Source: Tubiluchus corallicola
Taxonomy: Eukaryota > Animalia > Priapulida
DNA: 64,000 nucleotides
Assembly (NCBI GenBank): GCA_030141605.1
Contig: JAQGDQ010000031.1
Coordinates: 682,001-746,000 of the forward strand
Reading direction: 5' to 3'
This document shows positions 41,126-54,644 of the stretch, piece by piece; position 1 is the stretch's first letter; every line of letters begins with the position of its first letter. Position numbers and translations under genes: made by a program. Under the pieces are notes generated by a model. That model did no database searches. It saw only the letters and a list, made by a program, of their open reading frames with translations, and had not been told where the DNA came from.

Positions 41126-42359
41126 GTAAATTGTTTGTTTCAGTACATAATACTTCGTACAAAACTAATTACCCTTCTTTATTAGGAACTGGTTTGAATT
41201 TTACTTTTGCAGTATTTCTAAAGTGATAATAGTTTTTGTATTAATTTTAAAGGTGCATGTTTCTTGTTGTATTTTGAATAATTTGAGTAACATTTACTTG
41301 ATCAGGGACATTTTTAAATCGAAGTATTCACCGACATTGTTTATCCACAGCTAGATTAGCAAAAAAGTGGTCATCGCGACAGGGCATCGTAAATTAAAAA
41401 CATGTGAGTGAAAGATTAATTAAGATTGCATAACGAATGTTTCCCAAAATATTGTACTCTCTCGCAACAGTGAATTCGCATGCTGTGGCCGGAAGAGCTC
41501 ATTTCACACCTATTCTGTATCTCAAATCACGTGCCCCTTTGTTTTTGTTAAACCCAGCCAAGTGCTCAACCAATCACAATGCAGGATTATCAAATGAATT
41601 TGTATATGGAAAGTTACATTTGTATTTTGAGGGTGATATGCCTTTAATATTTGAAGTTTGCATACACTTGACTGGGCTGGTTTCCTAGCCCGTCGAAGGT
41701 CATGGAAGGGATGACGCCTCCAGTGCAATATTTTTTAATGTTTCAGCCTATTACAGATAATGCTGTGTCGATTTTTTATGAAGAGAAGACAGTTATTGCC
41801 ATATTTAAAGTGAATGTTTTATATTTTTCTACTTTAGAAGTTGCACTTTAACTGCTTTTTTAGCTTTTGCTTTAAGTTATGCGCTTGTTAATATTATCTT
41901 CATTATTATCATGTGTAATTACTTGGTAATTTTTGATGCTTTGATAAAAAGGTTAAACAAACAACTTATGCCTTTAACAGATGAAAGCTTTCTAACACTT
42001 CAGGGGCATAGGAGCTTCAGAAAAAGCATGTTGAAAGTGTGTGCTTGCTTACGTGAGGAAATTTGGTGTTAAAAGAAGACAGGATGATTTTTCATATTCT
42101 GCCCCATTTTCAAGTCCGATAAAAAGTATACATTTTAACACAATTAATACTGCAAAGGCGTTTCTGATAATTAAATAATAGATTAAAAACTTAATTAACA
42201 GCGGGTGCCCAACTATTGATCACATCACAAACTAACATAATTTTCAACAGCAAAAGTATTCCATGAGCATGTTTGTGAAAGAGAAAATTGAAGTACAGTG
42301 CTACTATAAGAGATACAGTGTGTTGTAAAAAAACTTGACAAGTTTTAAGATAAAAATTA

Positions 42360-42685
42360 AAATTTCAAATTTACTGCTGTGCTCACACATGAGCTGTCGA
42401 ACGCGTGTAGTTCGTCATAAACTAACACACCTGAACTGAGAGGTACAGCACCTGCTTTTGGTGCAATGCATTTCCGAAATGCAGGCGCTAGTGCTCGTCT
42501 AACTTGCGAATGGCGAAATGTATGTAACAGCGAAGAACTAGTGGCGCGAATGCGAAATTGTGTTTTTTGTGGTAATAATTCTTTCACGTAGGTCATTTTT
42601 GGAAAAATAGTATGTTTCCTTTCAATATTTTGAAGAGTTGATTGTTTTGACCTGCAGTTTAAGATTAGGTTCGGTTTTGCTTTAA
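42360..42685 (-). repeat. dispersed repeat, copy 2 (inverted relative to 3764-4088)
   Basis: See copy 1. Confidence 0.85.
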
Positions 42686-43046
42686 AGTTAAATTGCCTTG
42701 AACAGCAAATACAATAGAATTTTAGAATTTATTGATGCAAAACAGAAAGTAAAGTATGTCAAAAAGAGTTCAAGAAAATTCAAAACCATTTTAAGTGTTG
42801 ATAGTCAAACAAGAGTACATAAAATATTGCCAAAAATGGTTCAGTATATTCACAGTGAATAAGAAGCTTATAATTTTCTCATTTTGCAATTAATTTTATA
42901 ATTTGTAACAAAGTTCATTTTAACCATAGACATCAAATAAAATTTTTATTTATTTAACATGCTACATTATTACTGAGAACAGTATAATGCAACTTTGAAC
43001 TTGTTAGTCGCATATTCAGTAACACTTGTCGGTATAGACGATACCG

Positions 43047-43484
43047 TGTGAGGAGCTTATTTACAGGTAGTTAACTCACAAACGCAAAGGGCTAAAATCA
43101 CAAAACTTACAGGATAGATACCTGCCATGGAGGCCTTGAAATGTCTCTGTCACCTCGATCGAAGGGCCAATCATACGGGGGACATCGGTCAGTTTTTCGA
43201 TTGCCATTCAACTTTTCCAAGGGCTTTGAGCTGGATTCAAAATTTTTTCCCATAAATATTGCAAGAGAATTTAATTTTAGGCATCTAGCCCAGAGTACGC
43301 ATTGAGTTTTTGAGATACTGACATCACTTAACCACACTTGACCAGATATAGTCACGTGTAAATTCAGTAGTGGATTCTTATCTGAATCCATTTAGTTTTG
43401 TTACAGCGACAAAAAACATTTTGTTAAAATTTCTCAAATACAGTTTTCACTTAGATGTGTCACTTTTTGGGTAAGCTCCTCACA
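43047..43484. mobile_element. TIR-bounded MITE in last WDR7 intron
   Basis: 13-bp perfect inverted ends tgtgaggagctta / taagctcctcaca. Confidence 0.55.
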
Positions 43485-43563
43485 AATTTCTTTATTTGCC
43501 TTTAATTTAAAATCTAATCTTTTGATTTTTGCAAGCTCATTATAATAATGATTTTTTTTCTAG

Positions 43564-43746
43564 GCTGCAACGTCATTGTTTGGAATTGGTAGTGCACAGG
43601 TGAGGTGTGTTCGTTCCTACAACACTGTACCAATATCGCCTACCATATCAAACAATCCCATGAAAATTGTCAAACTTGTATGGGTCAGTAGCAAAACTGT
43701 CATACTCTTGGTAGCTGATGGCACCGAGTACAAGTATAATATATAG
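43564..43746 (+). CDS. WDR7: WDR7 last coding exon
   Basis: AATSLFGIGSAQVRCVRSYNT...KLVWVSSKTVILLVADGTEYKYNI*. The 11 exons splice in one frame (1643 nt). Confidence 0.93.
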   Translation, partial: AATSLFGIGSAQVRCVRSYNTVPISPTISNNPMKIVKLVWVSSKTVILLVADGTEYKYNI

Positions 43747-44661
43747 ACTAACTATAAAATACGTAAGCAGTAGATAACGAAGTTGCATGAAATTGTTTTA
43801 TGTGTTTGATTGCTCTAGTCTGGCTTGTTTCACTTCTACATGGTTAAACATTCCAGTGCTTAGCTATTTGCATGCTTTATTTATTATAAAGGTATCAGTT
43901 ATTTTGTTGAGATGTTAAAATTTTACTGTGGTTAAAATATTGCAAATGAGATTATAGTGTAAGCTGTAGCTGTTTAGGGTTCGCAGTAAAATAAGTAAAA
44001 TGCATTAAAAGTGCAAAATGATCTAATGAAATATATTTGCAAAACGTAAACTCTGCTTTATGTGTGTAGTGTTTCAATTTTTACTGTCTGCACATATAAA
44101 TAATTAATTGTTGGTAGAACCATCTAGCATAAACTATGAACGATTTAAAACTGTAGTTCTAATTCATGTTAATAATTGGAACGTAAAAAATATCTATCAA
44201 AAAATTTGAAATAAGTCAAAAATATTGAGAGTTGTTATGATTACACCTAAAATCATAGATTTTTGTTTCGGGGAAATATTGTTTTTCATTTATTGCCAGT
44301 GTTGCACTATAACACTAGGCAGTATATTTAAATTTGTTTTCCCATTTGCCTGTTGTTTAATTTTGACAGTATATTCAACCAAAGCTTTTTTCACCTGGAA
44401 GGTATGGTTCTGTGCACTTCCTAATGTACGTGTGCAGAACAATGGAGCACCTGACATTATTGCAAAATGAGCATCTTAACCTTTGATGGTCAAAAATTGG
44501 TGAAGTCATTGCAATTTGAATGTAGGTAAATATAATAGCCTGCATACAATGTATAAAACTCATTGCAGTTGTGAAATCGTTTTAAAGCTCTAAATTTCAA
44601 CCGTTAGTAAGAGGAATTAGAGATCGCCGCTGAAGTGTGATCTGATTTATTAAAAAGCATG

Positions 44662-44667
44662 AATAAA
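44662..44667 (+). terminator. candidate polyadenylation signal of WDR7
   Basis: AATAAA followed ~20 nt later by a T/GT-rich tract; not unique in the region. Confidence 0.3.
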
Positions 44668-46580
44668 CATTCCAGATTAGATATATTTTTGATTGTTCTT
44701 TCACTTCCTGTACCTTTACAAGTAATGGCTACAGTTGTAGATCATGTATTGTAAGTGCGGAGGTGTTACAAACTTGACAGAATGTCAGCTCCATTAAGTG
44801 TGCTCAACATCATATTCATAATGACCTTAGCATATGGCCCATCATACGGTTTTATTAATATTTGCAGTGGCAAGGACCCAAAAGGGGAGCTTTTGCTTGC
44901 TCTTAAAATCAGAATTTAACCATCCACTGACTGTAAAATAAAATGGTCAGATCTCTTTATACTGCCCACTTTCAGACTCGAGAAAAAGTTGGCATTAAGC
45001 GAGTTTGGTATTAGAACGCGGTGTATTAATACATAAATGTCTGTGCAAATACAGCAGGCACCTCTTAAGAAACTCGTGGTTAATAGACTCTGTCGCTTAA
45101 TTAACTCAGAAACGCCTGGAGCGGGCCGCTTCTATTCAAATATACACGAAAATTATCGGTAACTGACTCAATATTTTTCCTTCGCCTACTTAAAACAAGA
45201 TATTTGTATGTGCCCAAAGAGCCTTTCCTGCCTTTATGTCATCTTTACTTCCCTTTTGTGCACCATGTATGCAGAAACAATCATGTTAAGTACCACTTTG
45301 TTTGTAAGCAGGTACGTTTATCATTCACTAATATGCTAGCGTAGCGGTTTTGCTTTGAATGTGTTACCCGCTCGCCCACTGTTACCCAAAGAATTTCTGG
45401 AAGCTAAACATTTAATCACTTGCCTAGCAGTTTCCTTTTGATGCTCTCGTTGCAAATCGCGCTTTCAGGCTTAATGAGTTAACAGTCAGAGATGCAGGTA
45501 CAGTAGTCAGCCGGTATTCCTTGTGACTTACAATAGTAAACATCATACAGCAAATAAGAGCAATGTAAGTGAACAGACGATTCAGAACTGTTTTAGTCAC
45601 TCACAACAACAGATTTCCAACAGGTTTTTATAATTACGAGAACTTTGTGGGCCAATTTCTGAGCGAGAAAGTGAAGCAGCCGACTTTGAAGGAATGTTTG
45701 TAATTTTTGCAAATAAACAGACTTAGAAGAAAAGTCTGTGATTTAGAAAAGTATACTTTTTAATTAATTTACTTATATAAATTAATATTTTAAAATATTT
45801 TTTTGTAATTTTTAACTGCACAAAGGAACTTAGGCATTACTTCACTTCTAAAGTTCATTAAAAACCTTTGCAGTGCATAGTAAGCTGATGACTCATACTT
45901 CTATACCTGTAATACAACACCTATCGGTTAATTGGGCCAATGTGAGTCTATTAAGTGGCACTTACTGTATTGATACTTTATTCTGCCAAAAAATGGCCAT
46001 TAAGCAAGGTTTGACTAGTGAATTCCTAAAATTCTACAGCTTCACAGGCTTCATAATATAAAAATTGAAGAAACATGATAAGCAAGAAGACAACCAAATG
46101 CTGGTAATAGCAAGAACTTGGATGATGTAAGAGCTGGCTGTCAGTAAAAATTTTGTTTCGACGATCTTGTTCACTAGTAACATAAATGATTTTAGACTTT
46201 ATGGTTAAATAATTAAAACTCTAAATGATGTAAGACTTTACAGTTAATTAAAATTAAATCTAACGGACGTTAAAAACTGACGAATAGGTTTAATTATAAT
46301 GTGTGATTAACAAAAATTCAAAGATCAAGCAGTTTTTTGTTAGCTTACAAAGAAGCTGCTTAAATTCTTATATTTTTAGTTTGCCTCATACAATTCAGTT
46401 ACATGGTGCAATTATAAAGTTAAAATTACTGAAATTGTAATGTAATTTGTTCAGTTGTGATTTTTAGAAGGAATTAGCAAGCTAACACTGTTTTATTAAG
46501 TATCCTAACCAAGTTAATGTGATCTTCACTTCAGCTGGGACTGCCTTTCCAACATTTGTGTGACACTTGTCACTCTCATT

Positions 46581-47525
46581 TCATGCACCCACAGAGTCAG
46601 CATGACCACAACGCAGAACGTGTAAGATACATCTACGAAATTCTCGTCCAAAGGCGGAATATATAATTGGGTTGATAGCACTGTTAGCGTAACTCAGCCA
46701 GAGAGTAACCGTGAAAGCTTGGTAATTCCAGCAGAAGTCTTTGCAAGCAAGTTCAATCAGGGGATAGGCGAAAAAAGGACTCCAGCAAGTTATAAAAACT
46801 GTGACCACTACACCTAACCGCAGTGTGGCCTTTTGTTCTTTTATACTTGTCCGAACAGTTCTACTTTCTGCTTTTTGTGTGATGCACCGAATTTTTTTAG
46901 CCTGGGCCAGAGCAACTGACCAGATTCGCCCATACATGATAAGAACAAAGCCGGATGGCAGAAAAAAGAGAGCAATACTTCTTATTGCTGTGTACAATAT
47001 TGTGGCATGGCTTCGCTCGCCAAATGTGTAAATAAAGTAGACGTTTACGGTGGAGTGTGCCATTCCGAGGATCCATATGGTGGTTAATGATGCTGTTAGT
47101 GTCCTTGCGTTAACCAACGTCTCCCTCCGGAATGGATGCAGGACAGAAATATAACGTTCAGCTGCAATGAGCCACACATGCATAACACTAACATGTTGCA
47201 ATCCCAGGTCAAACAGCAAACAAATCTGAAGATACGGAAACGGCAATTTGTTGTACCATACAGTCACGAAAAAAGGTATAACGACAGCTCCAAGCAGAAG
47301 ATCTGACACAGCCAGTGATGTTATGATCGCATTAGTGTGTGTTCTCAGCTGCTGACACCTGTAGAGAGCAATTAGTACTAGAGAATTACCAAAAACAGCA
47401 CATATTCCAGTAATTACAAATCCAAATTGACCAAGTAAAAGTTGCCACTTTTCACTGTTGCCATCAGTGTCATAGTAAGTCTCGTTTTCAGAGTTTTTCA
47501 CAGTTGCATTTGAGGAACTGCTCAT
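46581..47525 (-). CDS. intronless rhodopsin-class GPCR, biogenic/trace amine receptor-like (314 aa)
   Basis: 7 hydrophobic segments with GNxLV, SLAVSDL, ERY, CWSPFF and NSAINPIIY. Aminergic residues D3.32, W7.40 and Y7.43; N-terminal N-glycosylation sequons. Confidence 0.93.
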   Translation of the reverse strand: MSSSSNATVKNSENETYYDTDGNSEKWQLLLGQFGFVITGICAVFGNSLVLIALYRCQQLRTHTNAIITSLAVSDLLLGAVVIPFFVTVWYNKLPFPYLQICLLFDLGLQHVSVMHVWLIAAERYISVLHPFRRETLVNARTLTASLTTIWILGMAHSTVNVYFIYTFGERSHATILYTAIRSIALFFLPSGFVLIMYGRIWSVALAQAKKIRCITQKAESRTVRTSIKEQKATLRLGVVVTVFITCWSPFFAYPLIELACKDFCWNYQAFTVTLWLSYANSAINPIIYSAFGREFRRCILHVLRCGHADSVGA

Positions 47526-47722
47526 TGTAGCAGATCCTGTTGTGCCCTTTTAAGTCTTGTACTCGTTAGTGACTCCTCCTCCAAATGTGTTTACGTCGAG
47601 CTATCTTCAGAGCTGTATCGTATTTAAATACTCTTTGAATCCAATTTGAGGCTTAATTGCAACATAGAATGGAAGTGAGTATTAAAAAAAAGACTCAACA
47701 AAGGTTAAGATCATTTTAGCGA

Positions 47723-48090
47723 CTGCATAACTACTAGAGCACGTTATCATTTACGTCTATGAGACAAATGGATACAAAACCTCCTGAATACTGTATCTGC
47801 ATCACCTCTAAAGCACAAGCTCATTCATGTTCATGATACAAGTGTCTCCCATATAGTGTCTGCATAACCACTAGGGCAAGAAAAGTTCAATCACGTCCAC
47901 AAGAGGAGGGACGCACAACCCACAGAGTACAATGTCTATACTACCTCTAGAGCACAAGCTCTTTCATGTTCACGGTGCAAGTGTCTCCCAAGTATAGTGT
48001 CTGCATAACCACTATGGTAAGAGTTCATTCACGTCCACAAGAATAGTGGATGCACAACCGTCGGAGTATGATGTCTACACCACCTCTAAA
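47723..48090. repeat. diverged ~140-bp tandem repeat, ~2.7 copies
   Basis: ctgcataac at 47723, 47860 and 48001; acctcta.agcacaagctc.ttcatgttca..caagtgtctccca repeated. Confidence 0.8.
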
Positions 48091-51000
48091 GGTTATCCAC
48101 AACCATAATAGAAATAGATACAAAGCCTTGCGAGTATGGTGTTTGCAGCGCTTTGCGCATCATCAAACTAATTCCGTGAGTTACCCACATACCTGTAGTT
48201 ATTACATCATACAACTGCCTGCATACCTTTACTCGTTATAGTCTTAAACTTGGCAATAACCTGTGCCTAAGTACTTAACACAACACACCCGTACAAAGTT
48301 GAGTGAGCACACGGTCAGAAAACGTTCTTGACCTTATGACCAATGATAACATTTTATTCCAATACACAGTAACATGAAAGAAACTGAATAACGAAACCAT
48401 TATAAGAGATACTGTACTAAAATATGCTTTATTTTAATAATACGAATGTTCAATTTTTCTATGTTCTTGCATGCTATGGAGTTTGCATTATTCAGAGATT
48501 CTTTCATATTATATTACCTGAGATTGTCAACTGATAAATAAATGTTAATTGGCTTCTTTTATTCATTAGAAGTTGTTCAAACGCAAGATGTCAAAAAGCC
48601 ATAAGTGTCTTTTAAATCACTTCTCCATGCAGATACATCACAGATATATTTAATACATATATATCAAATGAGCAAGTCCATAGCAGTACATCAGCATAAC
48701 TATAACAAATGTGTGTCATTTACATTACAACTGACACAATAGATTGTTTGTCTGCGGCATAACATTTCGTGTAATAGATTACATTTGTCAGAAGCCAAAC
48801 ACTTCTTATAAGAGTATGTACATTTACCTGCTTGGCTAATAGGACTACCATTATTAAATTACATGTTGAATGACATATTCAATATTAGCTCTAGCAGTAT
48901 AATGTTCGCACAGGTAATTGTTTTCCCACATTGTACCTGTTGCCGTAGTTAACAAAGCATGTGGGCAGATGAAACACACGTGACAATGCCAATACCATAT
49001 TTGGTGTTCATTCGTCGACGGACATAACACTGTTAATCCTCTGCTACCAAATGCTTTGGTCTCCAGCTACTTCTCAAGATGAAGTATGTTTCAAAATTAG
49101 AGATGCTCCATAGAGACTTTTTTGCGTGAAATCCTTGCATGTAAGTAATCTGCCACCTCTTACAGCCAATATTTTTTCACAAGTGTAACTATGAGCAGAA
49201 TATTAACTTCACCAGCTTTTATTCTCATTCACAATCTGTGTCATACAAGGAAAAGATTAACAGCTGTAAAATAGCTTCTCAAGTTCCAGAAAATTTAAGC
49301 ATTTTTTGTGGCTTACAATTGCTACGAAGCTAACATTCGAACTCGAACAAATTTCAAATCTCTATTTGGTCATATTGCTTTAACCATAATTCTATTCATT
49401 AATTAGTTTATCATACTTTACTTGGCACGAACCAAAACGTATTCGAAAATTTTATTTCTCTCTGTGATTTGATTACCATGTAAGAAATACGCAGGTTTTT
49501 GCTCATCACGTTTTTAGGACAGACAAATGATAAGAATATGAAAAAAAGAAAAAAGTGCAACTTTAAAAAACCTAGTTTAACACTTTATAGCAAATTTACT
49601 AGAATGGCAAAAATAAGTTTGCCGTATAATTAAAAATTTGGGGGATGATGCTGCAGAAAAGCAAATATTAAAAACACTAGTCATACCTGTGCGGAACTAC
49701 AAATGACTGCTTAGCCTATGGCCTATAGGTTTTGATTTTCTCCAAATACGAGAAACAAATTAATATCTAAGAAATGGAGGCACAATTAAAACACGTACTA
49801 GAACAACTTCAACATTTCTAGATGGTACTTTGCATGTAATTTTTCGGATCAGAGTAGGTGTCACAAAAGATACAACACCGACGTGTTTTCGAGAGTATGC
49901 AAATCTTGATAATCTGAGCGTGTATTTTACAATGCTTAATAATTCTTTGAAAATTTAATTCGTGAACGGTAAATTCAGAAATGGCTATGCATATTTGAAA
50001 CACTATCTCTCTGGCAAAGCATTTTTTGCAAAACAGCAGGTGTGAAACAGTTAAAAGTAAGTGTAGAATACATTTGGTTTTCCTGGCTTAGCCTTCAGAT
50101 AATCTGCATATGTCATAATGAAGCAAGTGATTGAAGATAAACTGTTAAAACACATTTAAATTTCATGTAAAAGTTTATTATAAACTCAGTAACCAGAAAA
50201 CTGCAAACAAAATTTAATCATATATGATATTAAAAGCTCTGCTTGCAATTAAACAGACGATAAAAGCACTGACAACAGTTTTATTGTAAGCAAGCTGTAA
50301 TACGATGTACTGCACAAACGTTCACTAAAATGCTGCTACACCATACTAATCACTAGAAGTAAAGGGTTAATGACTGTTCATTTTTTCACACAGCTTTACA
50401 TCAAAGACAATGCGACAAAAGCCAGAAAACCTAGAAAATGCATCAGTATTCTTATTTACAGAAAGTAAAAATCTGTTTGCCATCTGGACACATCGTGTAG
50501 ACTAATGTTTGCAAAAACAGTTGATAATTTGATAAATGCATTTGCCTTTGCTCAAACCGTTTAATCTCATATTTGTGTATAATTTAATGAAGAGATACAG
50601 CTAATCTGTACATTAAATACATTAAAATAATACAACGCTAAGCGACAGACCACAGACTCTTGTTATACAGATCCACTAAAATTTTACATCGTGAAACAAG
50701 ATGCAAAGATAAGTGTAACAGAAATAATCACTATGAAATAAATATGAATGTGCATACAAAAAACCTTATTCACAGAAAAACTCTTGTATGTTAAAAGCTC
50801 ATGCTTGTTGTGTGCATGCCAAATGTCTGTAAATAATTTTAAGTACAGATAGTCATCGACTTGCCACAATTGATTCCGTCGGATTAATCGTACGACGAAT
50901 CGGACGCAAGTCGGACCCGAATATTCAACATAGATTAAAGCGGAGCGCCCCTACATGCAAGGCGTTGTTGCATATGGACATGTACTAAGTATGGTGGCAC

Positions 51001-51570
51001 GTGCACTAAGTATGGATGCGATGAATTATCAAAGGAGACATCGATTTAAAGTTAATTTGTTTAAAAAAAATGTGAGTTCTAGTTGGTTTTGTATAATTAA
51101 TTAAATAAGATGTGGTCATTAATATAGTCACATGTCGTAAGTTGATGATTACCTGTATTGCAACTACACACAATTTTACTAAAACCAGGCATACTTTTTT
51201 GCATCAAACTTTTATGATACTTTTAATTTTCAAGGCTTAAAGAAAATGCTTCCTTTTCGAAGCTAAGAGTTGTTGAAGTCGATAAATGAATGGAAAATTG
51301 ATACAAAAAGCATAAGCCAAAGTGCAGAATCATCAGTAGTTGGTATAAATGATCTGCAGAGTTTGTTAATCGTTTAATAATATCCCATTTCAGCAGTTTG
51401 GAAAAGTGCAACGATGACAGAAAAGCAGGTCTCCCGTCTAAGCATCTGCAACTTAATTAACATGTCAATAATAACAACAATTGTTTAATTATAGTTTTGG
51501 ATAAATTAAAATATACACTGGATGGCATGACTTGCAATTCATCCACCAGATGTTAGCACTGTTTGCTTGC

Positions 51571-51606
51571 TCATTTTTCTTCACACCATTCGTTTTCTTT
51601 TCGCAC
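51571..51606 (-). CDS. SKP1: SKP1 last coding exon
   Basis: VRKENEWCEEK*. Confidence 0.95.
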   Translation of the reverse strand: MRKENEWCEEK

Positions 51607-52281
51607 CTGGAAAAACAAAACAGTAATAATAATAAACGTGTTGATTTTAGTTACAAACAAAACAAATTTCTCAACTACCACACAATGACAGAACATATTT
51701 AATGCTTGGCGGCACACTAAAGTTGCACTCGCTTACAGTAATTGCACGGAATTTTCAATTTTTTGTTTGAATGAACAGACAATACAGACTAGACTGTCAA
51801 ACAATTATCAAATGAATGAAATAAAACCATAAACGTTTCATTGAAATTTAAATGCCCTACTGTGCAACACAGCATTTTTACCAGTTATTTTAGTCATCAA
51901 TTTATTCCTCAAGTTTTAAAAGAGAAAATCTAAAGCAAGGTTTACTAGATATTAGAAATTGCATATAGATTACTGACTATCAGGTGTGTTATAAACACCT
52001 GCGATATAAATAACGAGGTTTTTACTAGATTTGCGGAATGCGGAAAGAGTGAATTTTGGTCAGAATACGTGTACAGTAGTATTTCATGGTCAAATGTCAC
52101 ATGATATATTTTCTACAACCCCTTGCAGACAGATAGCTACAGGAAGCGATCAGTTTTTGTTAGATCTGCAAGCTCCAACACACAGTAACATACACCTGAT
52201 AAACATGTGAATTAAAAACAATACAGTACAACCTTTCTCTAATGCAATATTGCACGTGATAAATACGGTTTAACGTGTTTA

Positions 52282-52425
<144 letters not shown>

Positions 52426-53517
52426 CTAGGAAATGAAAAAAATAATATTTAATATTTAGCCATATATTATCATTCGGGCCAAATTCAACCAACAAATTTT
52501 TCGTAGAAATAACTACTTCTAATCCGTTTACTTTGAGCACCACTCAAACTGACAATAAAAATACTTCAGTTTCCATTTGATGACCCAGCCAGGAATTTTG
52601 TACTTTTTGCACATTTAACATAATTATGTGACAGAGTCACATAAAAGCGTATTTTTTAATTTAAAATGTAAAATGCAATAATTATAAAATCGTTGTTCCG
52701 GCAAGGACGCAGGCAGGTTTTTTGGACAGACTGTCGGCCAGGATTGCCATTCTGTATGACGCTGGTTATCATATTGGAGACAATAAGTATCGTATTTTCC
52801 ACCAAATTAGAAGAGTAGTGTTGCCGCCTATACCATAATTATCAGAATAAACGTTCATACCATAACAAGACCTTAAGAAGTCTATACGATATTCAATAAT
52901 TATGTGACGACTTAGTAATGCAAAACAAAAAATTTAAAAACAAAGCGTGAAAAAATATACATTAAAAAATTTTAAAACATTACTGCTAATCAGTGGAAAA
53001 CAAACTTTGAATTTCAATTGATTTTAAATATTCCACGATTCAGCTTTAAACATTCACAAAACTTTAAAACAATTTTTTTGAAATTGTTTCCTCAATCCTT
53101 AGTGACACCTTTTGAGCATGAGAAGATCAATTTTCTTTGTGGCAGGCCTCTGGTTTTGCACATAACTATATTAGCTAATCTCCGTTTTACTACATGAACA
53201 GTTTCACAAAACTAAGAATATACAATACAATCAAAACAGGTTTGGTAGTTTTGCAAAAGTAGTGTTAAAAATCTAGTGCGGAATCACTACAAAACTAGTT
53301 CCGTTTCAATATAATTGCTTTCAACGTACAATTTCAAAAAGTGCAAAAACCCCTTGTTAAAATGTAAGTCAAATGAAGCTGTGGGCACCAAGAAACCGCA
53401 TAATTAATGCCATTGTACAAAGACTACACAAAGACACTAATTTAAATATAAAAAGCACGATAATAACATGAATAAAAACAGTTAAAAATGAAAACGTTCT
53501 CTGTGCAAAATGCCTAC

Positions 53518-53732
53518 CAGAATTAACTCAAAAAGAGTTCCCTGATCAACTTTCAGGAACTCAGCATCCCATGAAGATATATCGTCAGTTCGCTTCTCTT
53601 TGTTTTCGTCATCTTCAGGTGGAGGCGGGTCATCTTTGTGGTACGTGCACCATTGTATCACTTTTTTGAGAATTGCAGCATTAACATTAGGCAGTGGCAC
53701 CGCCTCCTCTTCATCTTCGTCCATACCAAGAT
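53518..53732 (-). CDS. SKP1: SKP1 coding exon 2
   Basis: [35 protein letters not shown]...[14 protein letters not shown]. Confidence 0.97.
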
Positions 53733-53927
53733 CTAAGAAATGCAAAAACTTGATTACTGACTCTCAAGGGCAGCCACAACAAGGCCTAAATTTGACAGGG
53801 TGCAACAGATATTTAAGCTGGAATCCACAAAGTTAGGTTACATTTATGAATACTTACAAAAATATCATCAAAAAACTTCAGAATGTCTTTACTTATGTAA
53901 GCTAAATTGTTTTTATACACTCAAAGG

Positions 53928-54644
53928 CAGGGGTGGCTCTAGATAGTTTGATGCTTCAGGCAAAAGTATTTTTAGCGCCCCCTCCTTAATGGTCAACCCC
54001 TTCTCCATAGACCCCATGTGCCTACCTACAAATTGAATTTTGCTGCATATATTAAAATGTAATGGTGCTTTTGTGTTGCATATTATAGTGTACTAATCAA
54101 CTGAAGTTAATTACCTCTCTACAGCTACATTTGAAACTGACTTCATTGTACGTCCTGGGTCTTAAGAGCATTCAAAATTTCTACAATTCTGCTGCACTGG
54201 GTTAGTGTGCATACTCTTGGGCAGATTTTCACTTAGCCATAAAAATTTTTCGAAACACTGATCGAGTCCAACTCTTTCACATGCACCCATTTCACTGGTA
54301 TCATTATCTTCATAACTATCTTAAATTTTGCTGCTGTTCAATGTTCTCCATGCAGCTTTTTTTCACTTTTTGTTCCCTGCATTATGCTCCTGAAGGCTTC
54401 TATTCTTATAAGTTTATCTACCGTAATTAGATAAACACTAATGCAAGAAACATTTTTATTAACGAAAGAAGTCGTTACTTTGTCTTCTGCCCTATGCATA
54501 CAATATAAATTGTGGACAAGAACTTGGTAACACATCAGTCAGTATCTTATTACACTGCTATTAATTTAAAAATTAAGGAATTACTTCCAGGACTTGGTGC
54601 CCTAGGGTAACTGCTTAGTTTGTGTAGTGTCTGAGCCGGCCTTT
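53928..54644. mobile_element. hAT-like MITE in SKP1 intron
   Basis: Ends caggggtggctc / gagccggccttt; 8-bp TSD ctcaaagg/ttcaaagg. Confidence 0.6.

Noticed and set aside
43744-43773. Stop-codon readthrough of WDR7
   Set aside because: TAG-A is not a leaky context, and the 8-aa extension has no recognisable motif.
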